Origin: Candidatus Aminicenantales bacterium
GTDB taxonomy: Bacteria; Acidobacteriota; Aminicenantia; Aminicenantales; Saccharicenantaceae
DNA length: 64,000 nucleotides
NCBI GenBank assembly: GCA_049512315.1
Contig: JBEKXF010000010.1
Coordinates: forward strand, 62,001 to 126,000
Direction: 5' to 3'
This document shows, one piece after another, positions 56,214 through 64,000 of this stretch. A program made the position numbers and the translations under genes. Below the pieces are notes generated by a model. That model worked only from the letters and a program-made list of their open reading frames with translations. It was not told the DNA's origin and ran no database searches. Position 1 is the first letter of the stretch; each line of letters starts with the position of its first letter.

Positions 56214-56237
56214 CAAGGCTCCTCCTTCCCTAGATGC

Positions 56238-56264
56238 CCTAAGCCTACCCGAGAGGGTCTTAGG
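56238..56264 (+). other. Stem-loop after the GT2 stop (possible terminator or stability hairpin)
   Basis: CCTAAG-cct-ACCC-GAGA-GGGT-CTTAGG with GNRA loop; no U-tract. Confidence 0.35.
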
Positions 56265-56292
56265 TGCAAACCGCGTCTGTCAGTTTTAGAAG

Positions 56293-56322
56293 TTGACACT
56301 TGCCCTCAGCCGGGACTATTAT
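56293..56322 (+). promoter_or_regulatory. Putative sigma70 promoter with a ~280-nt leader
   Basis: TTGACA-N18-TATTAT. Confidence 0.6.
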
Positions 56323-56605
56323 CATTTCGTAAGAGGTAGTGAATTCCCGCGGCTTGATGTATGTCACCACGGTGTATGGCGAAATATGATGCTCCTATCA
56401 GAACTGCCGTGTCGGGGGCTATCTGCCAACAATGCCCAGAGGGGCCATCTTCATTCCCTTGGCCCAAAGTAGCAGTGGACATCAAGAGGCTTTGACCTCG
56501 ATCGCACGTTGGTAAAGCGTATGACGTATCTGAGGTCGAGTTACTTCGGCTCTACCGGCTGTACCGAGTTCGTAAACTCGCCTTTTGATAAAGAGGGATA
56601 TAATT

Positions 56606-57649
56606 ATGGATGAAGATTGGATAGTTAGCCGAAGTGATCCCGTATTGGTTACGGGGGCTGCCGGATTCGTCGGCTCGCGCGTGGTAGATTCATTGCTGCG
56701 CCTTGGTTTTAAGGACGTACGCTGCTTTGTGCGCCCGGCGAGTGAGAATGCTCTGTTGAAGGCTGTTTTACTTAAGCACCCAGAGAATCATTGTCAGATA
56801 ATCCAAGGTAACCTCCTGTCGCAACAGGATTGCGCTAGGGCGGCCGACGGAGTTGCGGTTATCTATCACCTAGTAGCCGGGCGGGGGAAGTCGTTCCCCG
56901 GATGCTTTCAGGGTTCCGTCATCACCACCCGCAATCTTTTAGACGCCGTGGTTCGACACAAGAGGTTACGTCGTTTCGTAAACGTGAGCTCCTTTGCGGT
57001 TTATTCTAACCTTCGTCTGAGACGAGGTGCGATCTGGGACGAATCCTGTCCGTTGGAAGAGAATCTGGAAGAGCGCTATGATGCCTATGTCTATGGTAAA
57101 ATCAAGCAGGATCAAATCGTGCTTGCCTATCATCAAAAGCATGGGATTCCATATACGATTATCCGTCCAGGCATTGTTTTTGGCCCCGGCAAGAAGGCGA
57201 TTCCGGGATCTATCGGAATGGATACATTTGGAATCTTCATACGCATTGGCGGGGCCGGCCGGATTCCGTTGACATACGTAGAAAATTGCGCAGATGCGAT
57301 CGTCTTAGCAGGGCTTATTCCAGGCGTGGACGGAGAGGTGTTCAATGTCATGGACGATGATCTCCCCAAGAGCAGGAGATTTCTACGTGAATACAAGAAC
57401 CGAGTTCGTCCGTTTCGGTCCATCTGGATTCCTTATTGGCTAACCTACTTCCTCTACTATCTCTGGGAGCGCTATTCAGCGTGGTCCGCTGGACAATTGC
57501 CGCCGGTGTTTAACCGTCGCACCTGCTCCTTTTCCTGGAAGGGACATCTATATTCCAATAGCAAGTTAAAGGAACGCCTCGGTTGGGAGTGCCGAGTGCC
57601 CATGGGGGAAGCATTAGCCCGGTATTTTAGGTATCAAAAAGATGGATGA
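56606..57649 (+). CDS. NAD-dependent epimerase/dehydratase
   Basis: TGAAGFVG, SSFAVY, YVYGK, IRPGIVFGP. Confidence 0.88.
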   Translation: MDEDWIVSRSDPVLVTGAAGFVGSRVVDSLLRLGFKDVRCFVRPASENALLKAVLLKHPENHCQIIQGNLLSQQDCARAADGVAVIYHLVAGRGKSFPGCFQGSVITTRNLLDAVVRHKRLRRFVNVSSFAVYSNLRLRRGAIWDESCPLEENLEERYDAYVYGKIKQDQIVLAYHQKHGIPYTIIRPGIVFGPGKKAIPGSIGMDTFGIFIRIGGAGRIPLTYVENCADAIVLAGLIPGVDGEVFNVMDDDLPKSRRFLREYKNRVRPFRSIWIPYWLTYFLYYLWERYSAWSAGQLPPVFNRRTCSFSWKGHLYSNSKLKERLGWECRVPMGEALARYFRYQKDG

Positions 57650-58790
57650 ACAAATTATGACAAGGGTGGCGATCATCGGGTGTGGATTTATCGCGGATCA
57701 GCATGCGGCTCAGCTTCGTACATTACCGTCCTGTGCGCTCATCGCCGCGTGCGACACCGAGGAATTGATGGCAAAACAGCTTGCCGATCGCTTTCACATC
57801 CAGCATGTGTTTACGGATGCGGAGGAAATGCTTCGGAAAATCCAGCCGGATGTGGTGCATATCACGACTCCCGCTCAGACGCACTTTCCATTGGGACGGA
57901 TGTGTCTGGAAGCCGGATGCCACGTCTACTTAGAAAAACCGTTTACTGAGACAACGGCTGAAGCAAAAGCCCTTCTTCATCTCGCGCAGGAGAAACAGCT
58001 TCGGATTACGGTGGGGCATAACCTCCAATTCAGCCCAGAGGCCATCCGGATGCGGGAACTTGTCAAAGCCGGATTCCTTGGCGGACCACCGATCCATATG
58101 GAGTCCATACAGTGTTACTCACACGATGACCCAACTTATGGCAGGGTTGTCTTGGCGGATTCCAATCATTGGGTTAGACGTCTTCCCGGCTCGCTTCTAC
58201 AAAACCTCATCAGCCACGGGATTAGCAAGATCGCAGAATTCCTAGTTGGCGATAATCCCAGCCTTATTTCCCTGAGCTTCAGCAGCGCTTTTTTGAGGGA
58301 ACTCGGACAGAGCGATATCATCGATGAGGTGCGTGCGACCATTCAAGACGAGCAAGGCACAACGGCATTTTTCCTCTTCACCACGCAATTTGGGGCCGGA
58401 TCCAACGAATTGCGTCTTTATGGGAAATCGGGAATCCTGGTTATGGATAATACATACCGCACCGTTTTGCGCTATGGCCCTTCGCATTATAAAAGCTACT
58501 TGCGTTACTTTTTTGCCCCATGGACCCATGCCCGGGAGCTTGCGCGCAATTCATTCCGCAACATGAAGCTCTTTGCAAGAAACGCTTTCCACATGGATTA
58601 CGGGATGAAAAAACTGATGGAGCTTTTCTATGCCGCCATCAGGGATAACAAGCCCGATCCCATTTCGGCCGAAGAGATCCTGAGGACCTCTAGGATTATG
58701 GAAAATATTTTCGAGCAGATGCCGAAACGCAGCGAACAAAAGTCCCTTCTTGACGCTTCGAGAGACCATGACCTATCTCATCCTGAATGA
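57642..58790 (+). CDS. Gfo/Idh/MocA oxidoreductase (NDP-sugar oxidase-like)
   Basis: IIGCGFIA, ITTP..H, YLEKP. Confidence 0.88.
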   Translation: MDEQIMTRVAIIGCGFIADQHAAQLRTLPSCALIAACDTEELMAKQLADRFHIQHVFTDAEEMLRKIQPDVVHITTPAQTHFPLGRMCLEAGCHVYLEKPFTETTAEAKALLHLAQEKQLRITVGHNLQFSPEAIRMRELVKAGFLGGPPIHMESIQCYSHDDPTYGRVVLADSNHWVRRLPGSLLQNLISHGISKIAEFLVGDNPSLISLSFSSAFLRELGQSDIIDEVRATIQDEQGTTAFFLFTTQFGAGSNELRLYGKSGILVMDNTYRTVLRYGPSHYKSYLRYFFAPWTHARELARNSFRNMKLFARNAFHMDYGMKKLMELFYAAIRDNKPDPISAEEILRTSRIMENIFEQMPKRSEQKSLLDASRDHDLSHPE

Positions 58791-59892
58791 CATTCCGACC
58801 CCCTGGCGAGAGCCTGTGTTCGAGCGGGTCTATCATTCTCTGTCGGGTGCGGTTCAGGTGGTATATTTTAAGAGCAACGAAAAGCGCCGGCTTTGGAGCT
58901 TCAGCTTAGGGAACCATCCGAAAAATATTTTGCGTGGCATCACGATTACCACCCGTGACACAGAACGGTTCTTCAATCCGGGTATTTTGCCACTTCTCTT
59001 GCGCGAGCGGCCGCGTGTCGCGCTAATCTCCGCGAGCATAAAGGATCCTACGGCGTGGCTAGCGTTGGTAATTTGTAGGGTGCTAAGGACGAAAATAGCT
59101 CTTCTGGATGACACTTGGTTCGGCCGTGATCGGGGGATCAATGCTCTGCAGAAGCTGGCCAGGCGTATCGTCTATAATGCTTTTGGAGACGCTTTTGTGG
59201 GCACCAGCCGGCAAACCCTTGCATTGTTTAGACATTACAACCGTCGTATCCTGCCGGAACAATTATTCTTGAGCCCCCTGGTCGCGGATAATGACTTTTT
59301 CCAAGAGCGGCTCGGCGGCAACCGACTTGAGCGGGGCTTTGATGTGATGTTTTCCGGCCGAATTGTCCCGGTAAAAAACCCCGAGTTTTTCGCTAAAGTC
59401 TGTGCCGGCGTCAAGGCACGGCTTGGAAGCTGCCGCGTTTTAATTATTGGCGAAGGCGATGAGCTCCTCAAGGCGGGCATGCGGGCAATATTCGAGAAGC
59501 ACGGTGTAGAATATGAGTTTGCGGGCTTTATTCCACATAATATGCTTCCAAATTACTATGCACAGTCAAAATTGCTGTTATTACCAACCTCGGGCGACTG
59601 TTGGGGTGTGGTCATTAATGAGGCGATGTTGGCGGGAACCCCAGTGGTAACGACCGATATGACAGCAGCCGCAGGAGAACTGGTTCTAAATGAGCAGAAC
59701 GGCTATGTTCTACCTTTGGAGGTTGATACGTGGACTCAAGCGGTTGTCGAGATGCTCTCGAATGACGAAAAGTGGGAAAGGTTTTCAAAAAATGCGCAGA
59801 GCAAAGTGCAGGAGTTCAATTTCGACACAGCTGCTGCAGGAATATTAGCGGCATTCAATTATCTGGAAGCTCAAAGGGGAGGGTCGGGTTAA
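58768..59892 (+). CDS. GT4 glycosyltransferase
   Basis: FSGRIVPVK, DCWGVVINEAMLAGTPVV, QNGY. Confidence 0.9.
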   Translation: MTYLILNDIPTPWREPVFERVYHSLSGAVQVVYFKSNEKRRLWSFSLGNHPKNILRGITITTRDTERFFNPGILPLLLRERPRVALISASIKDPTAWLALVICRVLRTKIALLDDTWFGRDRGINALQKLARRIVYNAFGDAFVGTSRQTLALFRHYNRRILPEQLFLSPLVADNDFFQERLGGNRLERGFDVMFSGRIVPVKNPEFFAKVCAGVKARLGSCRVLIIGEGDELLKAGMRAIFEKHGVEYEFAGFIPHNMLPNYYAQSKLLLLPTSGDCWGVVINEAMLAGTPVVTTDMTAAAGELVLNEQNGYVLPLEVDTWTQAVVEMLSNDEKWERFSKNAQSKVQEFNFDTAAAGILAAFNYLEAQRGGSG

Positions 59893-62139
59893 CGTCGGTC
59901 AAATTCATGGGCTCCAATATCGGGAGCCGTCTCATAAAGAACACGCTTGCCACTAGAATTACTGAAGAGCCAAATCTTAGCGTTGTCGGCCCAGGTCATC
60001 GGCGAGGCCAATGTGATCGCGTTCGTGTCATAGTTGATGGACGAAATTTGGACGACGTTCCCAACCGTCCCTATCGCTATCCAGTCTGGGAACAGCGTCA
60101 CGCCACGGGCCAAGTTCGACCCCCAAGTTCCATCCTGAAAGAACATGGCGTTAGCCACGGTCAAGGAAACGGCGCTTGAGCCGGAACTAACTGCGACGGT
60201 CAGATTGGTTCCCGCATTTATGCAGGGAGAGCCGCTTTGGAGAGTGAAATTGGGAGCCGTCAAACTGAACGGGTCGGTCAAGGTCGTGTTAACGAAAAGC
60301 GGGTCGCCTCTCGCCGGCAAGAAGTTGTTGGCTATCGTATTCACCGTGGGGTCCATGTCAATGTCGTAGTGCCCGCGGATAGAGTTTATGATGTTGTTGA
60401 TTACTACGTTTCCAATGCGCACATAAAGAGCTGCGTTCCAGGGCGCGAAAATCCCATCTCCCTGCCAGTTGCCATACGGCGGGATGGAGTTGTCGTAGCG
60501 ACCGGCATTGTAAATCGTGTTGTTGTAGAAGGTGTTGTAGTCCCCCCAAAGGCTATTGGGCCGAGTTGCCCCCTGCTTAAATAGGACCGCGTTGTTTGGC
60601 GGGTTGAACATATCGTTGTAGCGGATGATGTTTCCAGGAGCGGCGATCCCCATGCACTCACCTCCGGGGGTCTCTCCCGCTGTGCCGGGATTTCCGAGGC
60701 GGTTATTTTCTACGAGTATATACATCCGGTCGTAGGCCCCAGTCCAACTCTCTATAATGAAGTCACGATGACCCCACAGATTCGGAGCGGCGGCCGGCGG
60801 AACGGTGTCGGGCAGATAAGACGCGGGCGTGTGGCCGGAATTGTTGGTCAACCACCCTTCGTTGTGCATGAAGTTGTTTTTGATGACGCTGTAGAGGCCG
60901 CAAAACTCAAGGTTGGCATGACCGTTGTGATGGAAGTCACAATCCTCAATCGTGGTATAGTTGCATCCGTCCTCGAACTGTGGCCCGACAGTTTGGTCAA
61001 CTAAATCGTTGCTTCCATAATACATAGACCCGATGTTGTGAAACGTGCAGTTGTGTATCCAGTTGTGAAAGCAGGGGCGTGTATTTGAGGCGCTTCTCCA
61101 TGTAACGCGCCCACCGCCGTTCCCGTCGATGTCCATGTTTTTGAACTCGTTATAGTTGCAATCGTACCAGACCGCCAGGACCATCACGTTGTCGCCGTTT
61201 GCGCTAGGCCCGGTATAATCGGCCTTGATGTTGATTCCGTCGAAAACTTGCCAACTTATCGCCCACAGCAGAACGTTGTAATAATAGTAACCGTCAAAGC
61301 CGGTGTTAACACTGATGAGGACGTATTCGCCGTTGTAGTTTCTCCATGTTATTTTTGCCCCAGATGTGCCGGAATGTGAGGGAACAAGGGGAGTGCGATA
61401 TGTGCCGGCCCGCAGAATCACCGTGTCCCCGGCCGAGGCGTTAGCGTTTGCTGTAGATAGAGAGCAACAGGAGGCTCCAGAAAGGGGGGTTGCGCTTTTA
61501 GCATTTGCCCAAGTTGCCGCCCCAGTGAGACCCGTAGGCATTGCTCGCGACCAGGGCCACGTTATAGTGCCCGGAGTTAGAGAAAACATGGCTTGGATTG
61601 CGGTCGCTGCTCGTCGACCCGTCATTGAAGTTCCATTGCCAGGAGGTAGGAGAGCCCGTCGACGTGTCTGTGAACTGCACTGGCTGACCGGCCGAGGGTG
61701 AGGTTGGGCTATGGGCGAAGGAGGATGCTAATGTGGGCGCGGACGTTGCCGCCGACACGTTAAGCGTGCGGCTTTCTCTTTCGGGACCGGAGATGGTTCC
61801 GGTGACCAAAGTCACTGTATATAACCCCGCGTCCTTGTAGGAGTGGCTCGCGTTTCGGGCGGTCGACGTCGTCCCGTCGCCGAAATCCCACTCCCCGTAT
61901 GTCGCCTGGGCTTTAAGACTATCGGTAAACTGAACCGCCTTCCCGGCCTCTGGATAATTAGGCCGGTACGTGAAAGAGGGTTGATTCTGGTCGCCCCTCT
62001 TAAGAAGGATGTTTGAGGAACCGATGGATCTGATTTGCGCGAGGGCCAAAATAGATACCATCGAGAGGAATACAGAAATGAGCAGCCAAAACGAAAAACA
62101 TTTTAAGGGGTTGCGCGACCGGGTCGAGCATTCTTTCAT
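59889..62139 (-). pseudogene. Secreted PKD-PKD plus right-handed beta-helix protein, split by a frameshift/deletion near 61530
   Basis: ORF 62139-61498: signal peptide and two PKD domains (WDFGDG, WNFNDG); ORF to 59889 has AGDTVILRAGTY, Asn-rich parallel beta-helix and APDIGAHE but no signal peptide; frames switch after ASNAYGS. Confidence 0.75.
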
Positions 62140-62189
62140 ACTTCCTTCCTCACTCCCCGAGTTAGATTGCTCCTCTGTTTCTGCGCTGG

Positions 62190-63090
62190 TGGTCATGACC
62201 CCCATTTTTCGAACCACTTAGAGGGCTAATTTCCGTTAACATATCAGCCGGGTCTTTTGCCCTTCTCTTTGAGATATCGAATCGGCGATTGGTTCTCAAG
62301 CGCCGAGTGTCGACGAACGTGATTATAATACCGGATCCGCTGATCGACAACTTTTTTCAACGAGGGGAGATCTTCCTGTTCCCAAAACAACAGCCGATTC
62401 TCGGCTTTGAATCGGGAATTAAACGACTCCATGTGGACGTTTCCTTTGGCGCCATTCTCCGAATAGGAAACGCGCACTTTATCCAGGACAGCAAGTTCAT
62501 GGAGCCAGCCATGGCCTAAATAGACACCATCCTGATCATGATGAACGATCAGCCCTTCCGTTTTCCGTCCGTATCTTCGAAGCGTCGTCTTCGCCTTGCG
62601 CCAGGCGTCCAGGGCCAACTCCGTATTATCCGCCTCCCCGAAAGCATGGCCCACGACAAGCTTGCTCGAATGATCTACCAACGGCATCAGCTGGGCTTTC
62701 GCCCGGCCTCTCCGGCAAAGGATCTCCGTAAAATCCGTATAGACGACCTCAAAATCATCGATTTCGCTCAGGCCGGCCACGAGATTGATCTTTGACCCGG
62801 TTTCTTTGAGGAGCTTGGTCATGGAGCTTGCTTTCGGCTTCCTCACCCGTCGAATCACGGCCAGATCCCAGGCTCCGTGCAGCCGGGCCACGACTTTCCG
62901 ATTGACGTGGATCCCTCGATCCCGGAGTTCGGCATTCCTCCTCCGGTACCCGTATTCCGGATATGTTCTGGCAATCTCGAGCAACGGTTTCCTCAGAGCC
63001 TCCTTCAAAGGCTTTCACCCGGCTGATGATGTCCATTATAACACCCTTATTTTAGCACTCCGGGTGGTTCAAATTTTGGGGGTCAGTCCG
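62190..63090 (-). mobile_element. IS3-family element, ~0.9 kb, internally shortened
   Basis: Imperfect IRs TGACCCCCA-N6-GAACCAC at 62196 and (reverse complement) ending 63085; DDE integrase inside; exact ends uncertain by ~5 bp; no clear target duplication. Confidence 0.82.
62244..63036 (-). pseudogene. IS3-family DDE transposase, N-terminus disrupted
   Basis: YGYRR, YTDFTE, HHDQDG, ESFNSRFK, YYNHVRRHS; ATG 63036 out of frame with the body; no orfA. Confidence 0.75.
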
Positions 63091-63091
63091 G

Positions 63092-63763
63092 GGAACCCAT
63101 TATCCAGGGCTCATGCGCTTTCCGGACGAGGACTGCAGGAAGACGATTTTCGCGTTGGCGAACGAGGCTTTGGAAGATGTGCCGGACTTTCCCGTCGGCA
63201 TCAAAATCGACCACCTCCTCCGCGTCTTTCAAACGTGCAGCTCGGGCCTGATTTTCAAGAATCCCCGCTATCTTCCATTCGCGACAAGGCGAATGACCGG
63301 TACCGTATACAGCCTGCCGCCGATTTATAAGCGGGGCGGCAAGCTCACGAAGGCCTGCACGGAGGTTCTGTTCCCCGAGCTGGCTTTCATAAAGACCCAG
63401 AAAGGCGGCCCGACGGTCAGGAAAACGCTGCTCAGGACCCATTTGTTCATGCCCGAATACCTGGCCACGGTAAAATCCATCGCCAGCGGCGCCCCAAGTA
63501 GGCTTTTAAAAGTGACGGAATCCAACAAGTCCGGGTTCAAGTGGAATACCAATGCGCCGGCCATCATTACGCTTCTCAACAGGCCGCCGTACGCCGACTG
63601 GTTCGCGTCATCGAAATCCATGATCACCGGACATTTATACGATGGCGGGGTCGTCGATTCGCTCATCGCCGACGCCAAGGGGGGCTCGAGCCGATACGCC
63701 CCGATCCTCGGCAGGATTTTCAATCAGGAATTGGCCTGTCGTTGGGTGTATCGCGAGAGATAG
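63092..63763 (+). pseudogene. C-terminal fragment of a gene cut by the IS; weakly asparagine-synthase-related
   Basis: Reading frame open from the IS boundary (GTHYPGLMRFPD...); DHLLR...PRYLPFA...KRGGKLTK...LFPELA resembles the Asn_synthase C-terminal region. Confidence 0.45.
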
Positions 63764-63774
63764 GCCGTAATTTT

Positions 63775-64000
63775 TCAGCGGCTGCGTCTTTTTTCCTTGG
63801 GCAATAAAGGCAGGGTGGCCAGCAGCCGAAAGGGGTTGAAGGGGTAGCCCAATTTTCGCAACGAGTCGAAATGGTAGCGCCAATACTCCCAGTTCCTTCT
63901 GAACTTAACCAGGTCTCTAGCCATCATCAAGTAATAATGCCGGAGATGCTTGCGGACGCAACGCTCGTATTCCGCGTCGGTCAAGAAGGCAGACCCGTGA
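63775..64000 (-). CDS. C-terminus of a probable GT2 glycosyltransferase (5' part outside the window)
   Basis: Open to the edge: HGSAFLTDAEYERCVRKHLRHYY...EYWRYH...LG. Confidence 0.55.
   Translation of the reverse strand, partial: HGSAFLTDAEYERCVRKHLRHYYLMMARDLVKFRRNWEYWRYHFDSLRKLGYPFNPFRLLATLPLLPKEKRRSR

Overview
Bacterial DNA, probably from a diderm organism (it encodes lipoproteins and an outer-membrane beta-barrel). Positions 1-6600 are ordinary GC-rich housekeeping/transport genes. From ~6830 to the end of the window lies a >57-kb mosaic surface-polysaccharide (EPS/capsule/O-antigen) island made of small modules in alternating orientation, most with their own sigma70-like promoter. Standard parts include Wzx, a Wzy/O-antigen-ligase-family protein, GT2/GT4 enzymes, WecB, RfbF/RfbC/C-methyltransferase and an MBOAT/SGNH O-acylation pair. 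The tailoring machinery is unusually rich: (i) two converging carrier-protein cassettes (LbH acyltransferase-ACP-adenylation enzyme-NadE-like, and adenylation enzyme-ACP-AsnB-NadE-like-SDR), the first behind a Fur-box-like palindrome; (ii) a mini fatty-acid-synthesis cassette (FabH-ACP-FabZ-FabL-like-LbH); (iii) two QueC-like PP-loop/4-Cys paralogs around a DUF362 gene, next to a GSA-aminomutase-like aminotransferase, one paralog carrying a ~123-aa inserted module. Secreted proteins are interspersed: a six-repeat Kelch lipoprotein with hypervariable loops, an M4 protease plus beta-barrel, a DUF4038/GH140-like lipoprotein, and a broken PKD/beta-helix protein. The island also shows many scars: a Wzc relic with an in-frame TAG, a FemAB-like stub, an internally deleted GT2, a frameshifted DegT 5' end, two decayed IS3-family elements and an IS-truncated gene. 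No rRNA, tRNA or CRISPR array was recognised. All calls come from motif recognition by eye; no database search was run.
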